Source: Candidatus Babeliales bacterium (GTDB lineage Bacteria; Babelota; Babeliae; Babelales; JBFXEV01). From it: DNA of 64,000 nucleotides. Below, one piece after another: positions 19,331 to 30,084 of the stretch (the first letter of the stretch is position 1; each line of letters opens with the position of its first letter). Below the pieces are notes generated by a model. That model was given only the letters and a program-made list of their open reading frames with translations. It was not told the origin of the DNA and ran no database searches. A program made the position numbers and the translations under genes. Location of the stretch: the NCBI GenBank assembly GCA_050179755.1, contig JBFXEV010000001.1, positions 489,994-553,993 of the forward strand, in the 5' to 3' direction.

Positions 19331-19407
19331 AATCTATCTGCTTTGTTTTTAGTTGAACCATCACACAAATCGTGCTTAGTTTAGCACAAGGATAAATAGT
19401 TGATAGC

Positions 19408-19443
19408 AAAAAATAACCCTTAAGTATGTTACGTACTTAAGGG
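19408..19443 (-). terminator. Rho-independent terminator
   Basis: cccttaagta...tacttaaggg stem then T-run on - strand, downstream of 19469-20083. Confidence 0.6.
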
Positions 19444-19468
19444 CTCATAACCAATTTGCTAACGAAAA

Positions 19469-20083
19469 TTACTGGCCGAGTGCTTTTCTTAAAGCCTCAA
19501 GCCCGGCTTGCTTTTGATACCTTTGCGCCATTTCATAAATTGTTTGACCATCAGCATCACGAACATTTGGATCAGCACCAGCTTCTATTAGCGCTTCAAT
19601 TTCACTTGCATTTTCATTATACACCGCTTGGAATAATGGTGTTTGTTTAAGCGCATTTTGCATATCAACTGGCGTACCAGATTGGGCAAGGAATCTAATA
19701 ATATCGCCGTTGCGTTCAGTAAGAACCGCCAAGTGCATTAACGTTGAACCATCATCAAATACTACTGCGGCGTCAGCGCCGGCATCAACAAGCTCTTTAA
19801 TAATACTTACATCGCTACCAGTCCCATTTGAGACAGGAAATGATAGTGGCGTAATAAAACCTATTTGCGGCCCTTCAGGTTGTGTGGTATAAGGCACTTC
19901 ATAGCGCTTATTTACATCAGCACCCTGCTCTATAAGATCACGCACTGTTGATAAAGAGGCCTTATCTTTTAACGCAACACGCAACTCCTCATCTAATTGA
20001 TCTTGCGTTTTTTCTTCTGGTTCCATGCATCCTGCAAGAAAAATACCGCCAATCAACGTTAAAAAAACAATACTTTTTTTCAT
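19469..20083 (-). CDS. Ankyrin-repeat lipoprotein
   Basis: Lipobox LAGC; QGADVN, DGSTLMHLAV, QTPLFQAV, AGADPNVRDADGQT. Confidence 0.88.
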   Translation of the reverse strand: MKKSIVFLTLIGGIFLAGCMEPEEKTQDQLDEELRVALKDKASLSTVRDLIEQGADVNKRYEVPYTTQPEGPQIGFITPLSFPVSNGTGSDVSIIKELVDAGADAAVVFDDGSTLMHLAVLTERNGDIIRFLAQSGTPVDMQNALKQTPLFQAVYNENASEIEALIEAGADPNVRDADGQTIYEMAQRYQKQAGLEALRKALGQ

Positions 20084-20392
20084 AAGTACTCCTTGGGATT
20101 GTTACATGATCTCTCATGAGAATCATCTCATATCTAGAAGATACTTAAATTGGAAATGAAAATGCTAGAGTTTATGCACTTCTTTATTGAACTCAAAACT
20201 TAAAGGGGTCATTGCCAAGTATCATATTCTTAATAAGGCGTGTGCAATCTGGCATAGTGCGCTCAATAAATCATTTGGCTCCAAAGCCTCAATCATTTTT
20301 TATGCATCTTTAATTTCCCCCAGTTTTTAGTACGCTACCCCATTTGCTAAATCACGTAACTCTTGGCACCTTTAAATTACACAGGAGACATT

Positions 20393-21874
20393 ATGAAATC
20401 AATAACTTTAATCTTCCCTCATCAACTTTTTACTGATCATCCCGCTTTAGCCGCTGATCGGCCTGTCTATCTGGTTGAACTTGCATATTTCTTTACGCGC
20501 TACAAATTTCATAAACATAAACTTATTCTGCACCGTGCGAGCATGCAAGATTACGCGCAAAGCCTTCAAAGGCAAGGTTATAACGTTACCTATTTTGAAT
20601 ATAACGACGCGCCTACTATCACCTCTTTAATAAACAAGCTCTCTAAAAACAATATAAGGGAACTACATTATACCGAACTTATTGAAACTGAATTAATAGA
20701 TGAATTACTTATAACCGCCAGCAAACAAGATCTTGAACTTTTTGCATATGAGTCACCTTACTTTATGTCAGACAGAAAGCTTCTTGAAGAGTTTTTTAAA
20801 CCTCAAAAGAAACAATATCTCATGGCATCTTTTTATCGCAAGCAACGTATTTCCTTAGACATCTTAGTGACCAAGGCAGGTAAACCTATAGGAGGATCAT
20901 GGAGTTATGACGCGCTTAATCGAGAGCGACTCAAAAATAATGTAGCGGCCCCCCGCGTGCCCCGAATAACCAAAACAGAATTTGTTAAAAATGCAATCAC
21001 CTGGGTAGATTTAAAATTTGCTGATAATCCGGGAAAGAGTGCAACCTTTTTGTATCCGACAAATCATAAGCAGGCGCAAGCTTGGCTTAAAAACTTTATC
21101 GAAAAAAGATTCGCCTTATTTGGACCTTACCAAGACGCGATAGATAAAGAAAACTCTGTGTTATTTCATTCAGTACTTACGCCGATTTTAAACATTGGCC
21201 TTCTTACACCCCGTCACATTATTGATACTGCACTTGCCTATACATATAAGCACAAGGTGCCCCTACAAAGTACAGAGGGCTTTATCCGCCAAATTATTGG
21301 CTGGCGGGAATACATGTATGGCATGTACTTGTTCCACGGCAAAAAGCAAAAGAAAAGTAATTTCTTTAAACACACGCGCTCTATCCCTAAATCTTTCTGG
21401 AACGGCGCAACCGGCATTATGCCGCTCGACCAGACCATTCAAAAAGTAGTTGCCGATTCATATGCTCATCATATAGAGCGCCTTATGGTTTTAGGCAACT
21501 TTATGCTTTTATGCCAGTTTAACCCACAGCAAGTCTATGACTGGTTTATGGAACTTTTTGTCGACGCATATGATTGGGTGATGACACCAAATGTATTTGG
21601 AATGAGTCAATATGCAGACGGTGGCCTTATTGCTACAAAACCATATATTTGTGGCTCAAACTATATACTTAAGATGAGCAATTACCAAAAAGGCGCGTGG
21701 TGTAAACAATGGGATGCTCTTTTTTGGCACTTTATTGATACCAATATCAAAACGTTTTCATCTAATTCACGCTGCGCATTCATGGTACGTTCCTTAGAAC
21801 GCATGAATACGAAAAAGCGTCAGGAGCATACTGCATGCGCCCGACGCTTTTTAAAATTAATAACTAAGCAGTAG
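20393..21874 (+). CDS. Cryptochrome/photolyase family, bacterial (6-4) photolyase type
   Basis: LIFPHQLF, GGSWSYDALNR, FGPYQDAI, EGFIRQIIGWREY, YAHHIERLMVLGN, DAYDWVMTPNV.GMSQYADGG..ATKPY; GGAG RBS before ATG 20393. Confidence 0.92.
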   Translation: MKSITLIFPHQLFTDHPALAADRPVYLVELAYFFTRYKFHKHKLILHRASMQDYAQSLQRQGYNVTYFEYNDAPTITSLINKLSKNNIRELHYTELIETELIDELLITASKQDLELFAYESPYFMSDRKLLEEFFKPQKKQYLMASFYRKQRISLDILVTKAGKPIGGSWSYDALNRERLKNNVAAPRVPRITKTEFVKNAITWVDLKFADNPGKSATFLYPTNHKQAQAWLKNFIEKRFALFGPYQDAIDKENSVLFHSVLTPILNIGLLTPRHIIDTALAYTYKHKVPLQSTEGFIRQIIGWREYMYGMYLFHGKKQKKSNFFKHTRSIPKSFWNGATGIMPLDQTIQKVVADSYAHHIERLMVLGNFMLLCQFNPQQVYDWFMELFVDAYDWVMTPNVFGMSQYADGGLIATKPYICGSNYILKMSNYQKGAWCKQWDALFWHFIDTNIKTFSSNSRCAFMVRSLERMNTKKRQEHTACARRFLKLITKQ

Positions 21875-21945
21875 CGGCTTGAGTCTAGAAACCGCCCGTT
21901 GCATTAACATGTTTGCGCGGTCAAGATGAACCGGATTCTAAGAAA

Positions 21946-24090
21946 TTAGAATTTAGCTTCCATACCAATGTTAATAGTCCATGCAACATCAGTGCCAAGA
22001 AGTGGCAATAAATCTAAATCAAAGCCTGTTTTATCAGCACGATCAAGAATGCGTTGTTGCTCAGCATTCAATGGTTTACCTCTAATGTCTTTGTAATGCC
22101 CACCCGGTATAAATACAGAACCCACTGCAAACATAGAAAAGTCTTTAAACAATGCCGTATCAACAAAACAGTTCACTTCAGTGCCAAGATATGCACGCGC
22201 AAATCTCGTGGGCGAAGACTGCCCTGTCACACGATCAAACGCCTTAGTGCGGTGTTGCTGCCAATAACCAAGAAGATTTGGTTTTACTTGAAAATACCTG
22301 CCACCACAACACGGCTTCCAATCAAGGCCAGTACCAACATATGCTATGTTAGTAAAGTTAGACGTTTGTGATGGTATCGTATCATTAGTCACACCAGGTC
22401 GTGGAGTGGAAAGTGGTCGCGGCAAACGGCCTGCTCCACCAAGCAAGAATACGCTTTTCACGCGATTACCGGTATAAATTTCTTGTAAACCAATGAATCC
22501 TTTATAATTACCATCTTTACGACTATCGTTTGGATCTTCTAAATCCTTGTTTGGATCTTCATCGCCAGATGCAATACCCGTTTCTACTGCAAGCTTAAGA
22601 TCGTCACACGATTCAAACGTATATGCAGCATCAATTACAAACATCCAACCATCAAACTTATTGCGATAGTCATTACGGAATCTATCCAAATCATTATAAA
22701 GCTGTGGCGTGGTGCCAGGAATTGGCAAACCGTTATTTGCTAATGCTATTTGCACGTCTTCAATTGCTTTTTGATTTGGCGAATTTGGTACAAAAATTGC
22801 TTTAGTGGTTCTAGCGCCAGAACGCGGGTCTTCATTCACCACGCGGCTATTAACCTCAAACACGCCGCCATTAATAATTGCGGTAGTCGGCACACCACTT
22901 ATGATCACACTATCAGCAGCACCCGCATTGGTATTTTGTAGTTGCACTCTATTGCGATCCCACCCACGCACGTGCTGAGAGCCAGCGTTAAACGCACCAT
23001 CAAAGCCCCATTCAAAATTACCAAAAGCAAATTCCCCTGCACACCCAAACGTTGCAAGCTTGGCAGAAGAATCGCCTATAAACTCAAGGCGAAGTTCTGG
23101 GCTATTGTTATACATTACATACGGTTCATATGAAATAGTTATATCATCATTATCAATTGGCACCCATTTCAAGCGACCTGCAATCACGTAATCAACGCGG
23201 CCTGGTCCACGTTCTGGGTTCAAGCGATGCCCTAGCTCTTGTGCACGAATTTTGGCAGTTGTAGTACGAAACGAATCCATTTGATCTTGTAAAATAGCAC
23301 CATACAAGTCATACGCTAATATATCTTCTACAAATTCACCAGAAAAGTTATATCCATAGGCAAACTGATCAATGGTATTATCTGAGAAAAAGCCAAGCAC
23401 GCCTTGGTTAACCGCATATGCAGCACCCAATGAAATACCCCGACCCAATTGGAACGGGAATGATCCTAACGTAAACGTATGTTGATTTCTAAATGAAAGA
23501 CCCAACGCGTCATTAATATTAAAGCGCACCCAAACTTCACGAATCCACGGGAATTGCCGAGCGAGCGTATGATTATGCGGGCCTGTTAAACTATTTACTA
23601 TTTTTACTTCATCATTGCTGGTGCCTAACGTACCTTGCGCATTACCCCATAACGCTTTAGAACGCCATGTCATAAAAAATTCTAAAGCTTCGTGCCCATA
23701 GCATGCTTTGCCATATTCAAGCGCAAAGTTAATATCTAATGTTGAGCGCGAGAAAAAAACACGATCTGCTCGAACATTATTGTTAAGCAAATTAATGTTT
23801 TTACCAAAAAATGATTCTGGTTTAAATTTTATTTTTACAAAGCCGCGCATATTGCCAAGATCAAAACTCAATTGCTCGCGCGTATAATCAGCATCAGGAA
23901 CATCTACAGAAGGATTTGTCGCTTGAATAGAAATTTCGCGCGTATATAAATCAGACGTTCCTGGTATTTCCAGTAAATCTGATTCCATAGCAACTTGTTT
24001 TTGGCCACCCAATTCAATTGAAGGTTCACCGGCAATCGCTATTCCTGCTGTACACGCAAGAATAATCAATAGCCTAATTTTGGAAAACAT
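21946..24090 (-). CDS. Outer-membrane beta-barrel protein
   Basis: Signal peptide, alternating aromatic/Gly strands, ASGD motif, C-terminal INIGMEAKF beta-signal. Confidence 0.7.
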   Translation of the reverse strand: MFSKIRLLIILACTAGIAIAGEPSIELGGQKQVAMESDLLEIPGTSDLYTREISIQATNPSVDVPDADYTREQLSFDLGNMRGFVKIKFKPESFFGKNINLLNNNVRADRVFFSRSTLDINFALEYGKACYGHEALEFFMTWRSKALWGNAQGTLGTSNDEVKIVNSLTGPHNHTLARQFPWIREVWVRFNINDALGLSFRNQHTFTLGSFPFQLGRGISLGAAYAVNQGVLGFFSDNTIDQFAYGYNFSGEFVEDILAYDLYGAILQDQMDSFRTTTAKIRAQELGHRLNPERGPGRVDYVIAGRLKWVPIDNDDITISYEPYVMYNNSPELRLEFIGDSSAKLATFGCAGEFAFGNFEWGFDGAFNAGSQHVRGWDRNRVQLQNTNAGAADSVIISGVPTTAIINGGVFEVNSRVVNEDPRSGARTTKAIFVPNSPNQKAIEDVQIALANNGLPIPGTTPQLYNDLDRFRNDYRNKFDGWMFVIDAAYTFESCDDLKLAVETGIASGDEDPNKDLEDPNDSRKDGNYKGFIGLQEIYTGNRVKSVFLLGGAGRLPRPLSTPRPGVTNDTIPSQTSNFTNIAYVGTGLDWKPCCGGRYFQVKPNLLGYWQQHRTKAFDRVTGQSSPTRFARAYLGTEVNCFVDTALFKDFSMFAVGSVFIPGGHYKDIRGKPLNAEQQRILDRADKTGFDLDLLPLLGTDVAWTINIGMEAKF

Positions 24091-24396
24091 GAAGTCTCCT
24101 CTCTTAACGAAAAATAAATATCAATTTTTTAAACAACTCTGCTGCATGCTACACTCGTTTTTTGAAAGGAAATTGGTGAGATGATAAAGGTTAGACAAGC
24201 TTTGAATCTACTAGTACTGCAATATTTGTCAACAAAAGCTAAAGTAAAAGTTATTATTTTTTTGTATTATGTGCAACAATACCATGTTAAACTAAAGAAA
24301 TTACACAAAATCATTCGCTCAAAACCCTTGATATGTTCACTTTGTAAAACATTCAAGGAGAGCGCTTTTAAATGCTTTTTAATCAGGAAAACCTTT

Positions 24397-25284
24397 ATGA
24401 CAACTTCATCACAAAAACGCCTCGTGCTTGGTGCACATATATCTGGCGCTGGCCATCTTTCATATGCCTTGGATCGTGCAGAATCAATTGGCTGCACCAC
24501 TATGCAAATATTTAGCAAAAGCAATAGGCAATGGTATGCAAAGCAAATTGAACAGGCTGATGCACAACAATTTATAGAACGCAGCAAAAATTCACCCGTA
24601 CGCCCTGTTGCCGTACATGCAAGTTATATTATTAATATAGGAGCAGAAAATCCCGAAATTGAACAAAAATCAATTGCCGCCCTCAAAGAAGAAGTTGCGC
24701 GTTGCGAGCAACTTACTATCCCCTATTTAGTATTACATCCTGGCTCTGCGGGCAGCCAAACCGAAACGCAATGCTTAGAGCGTATTGCCAAAAATCTTTC
24801 AAATGTGCTAGAAATAAGCGGATCAACAATAATCTGCCTTGAAAATATGGCAGGCCAAGGAACAATTGTAGGCCACACCTTTGAACAACTTAAATTTATA
24901 CGCGATAGTGTGCCACAAAAAAACCGTATTGGCTTTTGTTTTGACACGTGCCACGCCTTTGCAGCAGGTTACGATTTGCGCACTTCAGAAACTTACCAAG
25001 CTACCATGCAACGATTTGATGCCATTTTAAGACTGGACAATCTTAAAATCATGCATTTAAATGACTCCAAAAAAGGCCTTGGTTCGCGTGTGGACCGCCA
25101 TGAAAACATTGGCAAGGGGTTGCTTGGCCTAGAAGCTTTTCGCTGCATTATGAATGATCCTCGCCTTTTTGATGTTGCAAAGATACTGGAGATTCCCGAT
25201 GACAACTTGCCTGGCTATGCTGCAAATATGGCGGTGCTTAAGGAATTATTAACGGACGAGACTAAAAAATTCCTACATATATAA
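24397..25284 (+). CDS. nfo: Endonuclease IV
   Basis: LGAHIS, HASYIIN, HPGS, LENMAGQG, DTCH, HLNDSK..LGSRVDRHENIG; probable start 24397. Confidence 0.95.
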   Translation: MTTSSQKRLVLGAHISGAGHLSYALDRAESIGCTTMQIFSKSNRQWYAKQIEQADAQQFIERSKNSPVRPVAVHASYIINIGAENPEIEQKSIAALKEEVARCEQLTIPYLVLHPGSAGSQTETQCLERIAKNLSNVLEISGSTIICLENMAGQGTIVGHTFEQLKFIRDSVPQKNRIGFCFDTCHAFAAGYDLRTSETYQATMQRFDAILRLDNLKIMHLNDSKKGLGSRVDRHENIGKGLLGLEAFRCIMNDPRLFDVAKILEIPDDNLPGYAANMAVLKELLTDETKKFLHI

Positions 25285-25302
25285 ATTTTTATGAAGAAAA
25301 AA

Positions 25303-25395
25303 GCTCATGCCGAGTGTTCTACAAAGCCCCTTTAGGGCCAAGCAGAATGTATCGAGGCACAGCCGAAGTTTTTTAGAATCACTTGGGGTGAGCGG
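25303..25395. repeat. REP-like palindromic element(s), degenerate
   Basis: gctca..gagtgttct...agaatgtatcga (reverse-orientation copy) followed by half copy cacttggggtgagcgg. Confidence 0.6.
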
Positions 25396-25405
25396 AGAAT
25401 CAATA

Positions 25406-25639
25406 GGTATCAGGAGATACGAGTGGTGAAGTAATAGCCTCGCCTTTGTAGCTAAGAAGGAATTGTAGTATTTCCTCAAGAACGTAAGCTATTACTTCCC
25501 CCCATATAAAGCAGCGCTTCTAACCATACCATCAAGAACTCATCACAGGAGATGGATATGCGGCATATTTAAGAATTATGCCAAGGAGCTCTATCAATGT
25601 TGCGCAAATTAGAATAAAAGACAACAAAATTTTTTTCAT
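25406..25639 (-). pseudogene. Possible degraded secreted (ankyrin-like) gene
   Basis: MKKILLSFILICATLIELLG signal-like start, early stop; downstream frames give VRSAALYG and LEEILQFLLSYKG. Confidence 0.3.
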
Positions 25640-25773
25640 TAAAATCGCAACAACGCACAAAGCCCTAAATAAAGGCGTTTTCTTTATTGTAACGCTGCTT
25701 TCAACAAAAAACAACAAAAAAGCAACAAAATAATGGTTTTGAGGCTATAATTGTGCAAGAATGCAAGATTTGG

Positions 25774-26772
25774 TCAGTTGCGCAGCAAAATGGCATACCA
25801 CATTGCCAGGAATAAAGTGCCCAGCGCAACAATACCCCCCCATGGCAGTATATGTAAGAATACAAGGGCTGATGCGGCACACAGCACTACCGAGAGCAAT
25901 GCAACATAGATAAGAATTTGAATCTTAGTCCATTTTTTTTGTTGTAAGTAGATAGAAAAGTGATCAGGGCTCCCATTATAAAAAGGAATTCCCTTATAGG
26001 TGCGCACCACAATAAGCGTGCCTACCTCCAAAAGTGGAATAGCAAGTATAATAAGTGGGGTTAAAAAACCATAGGGCCCATAGGTGCCCCAGTTAAACAG
26101 GAAAGGGATGACCGATAAAAAGCCGCCAATCACCAAAGAACCAGTATCTCCCAAATAAATCTGTGCTTTTGGCCTATTATACCAAAGAAAAGCAAGCAGC
26201 GATCCCAAAAAAGGGGCCAGCAGCAAGAGCACGCTCGCCTGACCGGAAATTACTGCAATAACACCAAAAGAAATTGTTGCACAAATAGCCAACGTGCTTG
26301 CAAGGCCATCCATAACATCCACCAAATTAAATGCATTTATGACCGTGGCGATCCAAAGCAACGAGAACCCCATGCTCCACCAGTTGGATAAAAAAAATGT
26401 TGTCTTGAGGTAAAATCCGGCCTTTAAAAAGCAAAACGCAACAAGCGCCTGCCCGCCGAACTTTTGATATGCTTTGAGCGGAATAAGATCATCTATAAGG
26501 CCGATAAAGAAAAGAAGAGTTAGCCCTACCACAATGAGCATCATGTGGTTGTTAAAAGGAAAGATAAAAGCCAAAGCGGTCAAAAAACCAATGTATACGG
26601 CCATGCCACCCAAGTAAGGCGTAGGTTCTTTATGGAGCTTAATCTGCCCGTCTGGCATATCCATAATATTATGCTTTTTGGCAATAAGTTGCATCAAGGG
26701 GATAAGGTAGAAAGTAATAAGAAATGAGATCAGAACACCAAACAATAGTCGAATGCCCAAAACGTATACCAT
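25774..26772 (-). CDS. MraY/WecA-family polyprenyl-phosphate sugar-1-phosphate transferase
   Basis: HKEPTPYLGG, GLIDD, NAFNLVDVMDGLA, YLGDTGS, DHF; multi-TM. Confidence 0.9.
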   Translation of the reverse strand: MVYVLGIRLLFGVLISFLITFYLIPLMQLIAKKHNIMDMPDGQIKLHKEPTPYLGGMAVYIGFLTALAFIFPFNNHMMLIVVGLTLLFFIGLIDDLIPLKAYQKFGGQALVAFCFLKAGFYLKTTFFLSNWWSMGFSLLWIATVINAFNLVDVMDGLASTLAICATISFGVIAVISGQASVLLLLAPFLGSLLAFLWYNRPKAQIYLGDTGSLVIGGFLSVIPFLFNWGTYGPYGFLTPLIILAIPLLEVGTLIVVRTYKGIPFYNGSPDHFSIYLQQKKWTKIQILIYVALLSVVLCAASALVFLHILPWGGIVALGTLFLAMWYAILLRN

Positions 26773-26852
26773 GAAGCTCCCTCTTTATGTAAAACAACAC
26801 TGTTGATCTAATGTAGTAAGTCTAAAAGGAACACAAGAATTTATCAAGTATC

Positions 26853-26885
26853 AAAAAAAAGTCGCGCCCATTGCTGAACGCGACT
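26853..26885 (-). terminator. Rho-independent terminator of nusA-infB
   Basis: agtcgcg...cgcgact stem followed by T-run on - strand. Confidence 0.7.
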
Positions 26886-26911
26886 CAATTAATTATCAAA
26901 AATTATAAAAT

Positions 26912-28807
26912 TTAAGAAATAGGCTTTTCAAGATAGCATTCCACACGGTCATCTACCTGAAAGCCATCAAAGCCTTCAACTAAGAAACCGCATTCATAAC
27001 CACTATGCACCTCTTTAACCGTTTTACGATCACGTTGCAAGCTCTTGATTTTACCTTCGCCCACCACTTGGCGGCCGCGGCGCACTTTTACCGTGCCATT
27101 ATTGGCAATAGTGCCTTCGTTCACAATGCAACCGGCAATAACGCCAATATTCTTAATATCAAACACACGCAATACGGTTGCTTCACCAATTTTCTTAATT
27201 TCGGTAGCAACTACCACTGGCGCTTTAACATGCACTTCTATTTCTTCAAGAAGCTTATAAATAATATCAAACAAGCGAATTGCAAGTTTATCTTTACGTG
27301 CAAGCACTGCGGCGCTTGGCTCCACTTTTACATGTAGTCCATAAATTACTGCGCCGGTGTTGGCAGCAAGCGAAATATCGCTTTCATTAATATTTCCTAC
27401 GGCTGCATGCACTATGTTAAATGACTTATCACCTTTTTTCGATAGCTTTTCAAGCGCACCGATTAATGCTTCTTTAGTTGAGTTTGTATCCGTTTTTATA
27501 ATAATATGGAACGCATCCTCATCTACTTTTTTAGGAACAAATGCTTTGGTGGAAACATCAGTTTTTAAATCACGTAATTTATCTTTTGAAACCACTTCAA
27601 AGTAATCACCGGCGTCGGGCAATTGCTCAAAGCCAGAAATTCGCACAGGCTCAGATGGGCCAATTTTCATAACGCGCTTGCCAAAAGAATCAACCATCGA
27701 GTTAACTTTACCCGTAGTTTTTCCCGCAGAAAAATGGTCGCCAACCTTCAATGTTCCTTGATGGCATAATACGGTGGCCACAACGCCACGGCCTTTTTCA
27801 AGCATTGATTCCAGCACTATGCCTGATGCTGTTTTATTAACATCGGCAGTCAGTTCCATTACATCTGCTTGAAGCAGAATCATTTCTAGAAGCTGATCAA
27901 TACCAGTACCCACTTTTGCAGAAATTGGCACCACAACTACTTGGCCGCCCCAATCTTCTGGGAGCAATTCATATTGCGCAAGATCTTGTTTTACACGCTC
28001 AATTTGAGCTGGCTGTGCTTTATCAATTTTATTTACCGCTACAATAATGGGAATCTCTGCAGACTTTGCATGTTTAATAGCTTCTACCGTTTGCGGTTTT
28101 ACGCTATCATCGGCAGCTACCACCAAAATAGCAATATCTGCAACTTTTACGCCACGCGACCTAATTTGTGAGAATGCAGCATGACCCGGAGTATCTAAAA
28201 AAACAATGTCGCCATGCTTGGTGTGTGCCTTATATGCACCAATGTGCTGCGTAATACCACCTTTTTCGCGAGCAACCACACGAGTTTTTCTAATATAATC
28301 AAGAAGCGTTGTTTTGCCATGGTCAACGTGGCCAATAACCACCACCACAGGCATTCTTTTTTCCGCACCGCCAACGTTTTTAAGTACAACTTCTTCTTTT
28401 TCTTTTGGCACTTCTTTGGATTGCTTGCTGCTTATTGTTTCTATGCCAAAATGATCTGCAAGCTCTTTTACAAGCTCTGCATCAACTACTTGGTTCATAG
28501 TATACATGCGGCCACTGCGCAACAAATGAATAATAATTTCATTTGCAGGAATATGTGTTATTTGAGCAAATTGCCCTACAGACATAGCCTCAACAATAAG
28601 GACTGGCGCTTGCACCGGCTCTTTTGCTTTAATTTTTGAAATAGGAGCTTTTTTTTCTTTTGAGCCAAACTGTTTTTGTAAAAACTTTACTGCTTCCGCA
28701 GAAAGCACAGACATATGGCTTTGGACTTCAAATCCGTGGCCTAACAGCGCATCAATAAGCTCTTTGCTACCAACATTAAGTTGTTTGGAAATTTCGTGTA
28801 CACGCAT
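26912..28807 (-). CDS. infB: Translation initiation factor IF-2
   Basis: GHVDHGKTTLLD, GGITQHIGAY, DTPGH, NKID, GYECG. Confidence 0.97.
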   Translation of the reverse strand: MRVHEISKQLNVGSKELIDALLGHGFEVQSHMSVLSAEAVKFLQKQFGSKEKKAPISKIKAKEPVQAPVLIVEAMSVGQFAQITHIPANEIIIHLLRSGRMYTMNQVVDAELVKELADHFGIETISSKQSKEVPKEKEEVVLKNVGGAEKRMPVVVVIGHVDHGKTTLLDYIRKTRVVAREKGGITQHIGAYKAHTKHGDIVFLDTPGHAAFSQIRSRGVKVADIAILVVAADDSVKPQTVEAIKHAKSAEIPIIVAVNKIDKAQPAQIERVKQDLAQYELLPEDWGGQVVVVPISAKVGTGIDQLLEMILLQADVMELTADVNKTASGIVLESMLEKGRGVVATVLCHQGTLKVGDHFSAGKTTGKVNSMVDSFGKRVMKIGPSEPVRISGFEQLPDAGDYFEVVSKDKLRDLKTDVSTKAFVPKKVDEDAFHIIIKTDTNSTKEALIGALEKLSKKGDKSFNIVHAAVGNINESDISLAANTGAVIYGLHVKVEPSAAVLARKDKLAIRLFDIIYKLLEEIEVHVKAPVVVATEIKKIGEATVLRVFDIKNIGVIAGCIVNEGTIANNGTVKVRRGRQVVGEGKIKSLQRDRKTVKEVHSGYECGFLVEGFDGFQVDDRVECYLEKPIS

Positions 28808-28812
28808 AAACC

Positions 28813-29901
28813 TTATTCCTCTTCATAATGAGATTCAGAAGGCTGTGAATCTTCCTCATCAAGAACTATTTCTTGATCTGATTCAGGCTTATCAGATTGT
28901 ACAAGTTTTATTTCATAACCACTCAAACGCGAAGCAAGCGATATGTTTTGCCCACCCTTGCCAATAGCAAGTGATCGCTGATCTTCGTCAACCCATACGT
29001 TGGCCACTGAATCGCTTACAATTTCAACACGGTTAACCACTGCTGGTTTTAACGCATCAGTAATCAATTTTTCGGGAACTTCACGCCAGGCAATAATATC
29101 AATTTTCTCAGAACCAAGTTCCTTTAATACCGGCCGAATACGCACGCCACCAACACCCACACAAGTGCCTACAGGATCAATGTTTTCATCGTGAGAGATT
29201 ACCGCCACTTTTGATTTATAACCTGGAATACGCACAATTTTTTTGATTTCAACCAAGCGCTCAAACACTTCAGGAATTTCTAGTTCAAATAATTGCTCTA
29301 AAAACTCAGAAGAAGCACGATCAAGAATAAGCTGATTGTCGTGACGTGGCTCAAGAAGCACCTCTTTTAAAAGAGCGCGCACAGAAAAACCAACCACGCA
29401 TTTATCACCAGGAACAATTAATGATTTAGGCAAGAAGGCAAGGGTTTCGCCAAGCTTTACTGTCATACCATTGCGCTCGCATTTATGCACAACGCCATGC
29501 ACTATGGTGCCAACTTTGTCTTTAAATTCATCATAGACAGCTTGAGCTTCAATTGCGCGAATCTTAGTAGCAACAACTTGTTTTGCACGCAGCACGTCTA
29601 CCCGCCCTATTGGCCCAGTAAATGGCACCCAAATAGTCTCACCAGCTTGCGCCTTAGGATTTATATTACGAGCCTTACGCACGCTAATTTGAGTTTCTTC
29701 GTCTTCAACCGTAGAAACCACTTCCATCTGGACGCTTACTTCTAGCTCGTCAGTTTTTTTGTTATAGCCCACATCAAAGACAAGATCAGGATAGTGCTTT
29801 TCATAGGCAGCTTTCATGCCCTCGCAAATGATATTGCTTAAAACGGTAGAATCAAGACCTCGTTCTTCAACAAGGCTTTCAATGACTTGAGATAGTTTCA
29901 C
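28813..29901 (-). CDS. nusA: Transcription factor NusA
   Basis: LFELEIPEV, RIPGYKSK, DPVGTCVG..G.RI, SLAIGKGGQNISLASRL; GTG start. Confidence 0.96.
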   Translation of the reverse strand: MKLSQVIESLVEERGLDSTVLSNIICEGMKAAYEKHYPDLVFDVGYNKKTDELEVSVQMEVVSTVEDEETQISVRKARNINPKAQAGETIWVPFTGPIGRVDVLRAKQVVATKIRAIEAQAVYDEFKDKVGTIVHGVVHKCERNGMTVKLGETLAFLPKSLIVPGDKCVVGFSVRALLKEVLLEPRHDNQLILDRASSEFLEQLFELEIPEVFERLVEIKKIVRIPGYKSKVAVISHDENIDPVGTCVGVGGVRIRPVLKELGSEKIDIIAWREVPEKLITDALKPAVVNRVEIVSDSVANVWVDEDQRSLAIGKGGQNISLASRLSGYEIKLVQSDKPESDQEIVLDEEDSQPSESHYEEE

Positions 29902-30084
29902 AGTGCCCTTTATGCGTCATAAAATCGGATAAAATATAGTTTGAGTCCTTAGTGTATCAAAAAAAAGGCCAATGCGCAAAGCAATTTAGGCCCAAAAACT
30001 AGGCTCGCGCAATTCCTGGGTGCTTTGCCAGGCTCTTTTCTGACAATACCCTGCACTGCCCATAACCGTATAACCTTCAAACCT

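Noticed and set aside
20108..20131. Overlapping palindromes (tctcatgaga, atgaga-atca-tctcat) as a Fur-like operator
   Set aside because: Single instance, poor match to spacing, no iron-related genes adjacent.
24181..24396. Long N-terminal extension of nfo (also aspS, udg, manC, HAM1 fusion in the ORF track)
   Set aside because: Family homology begins at downstream ATGs; extensions look like open AT-rich intergenic or overlapping sequence.
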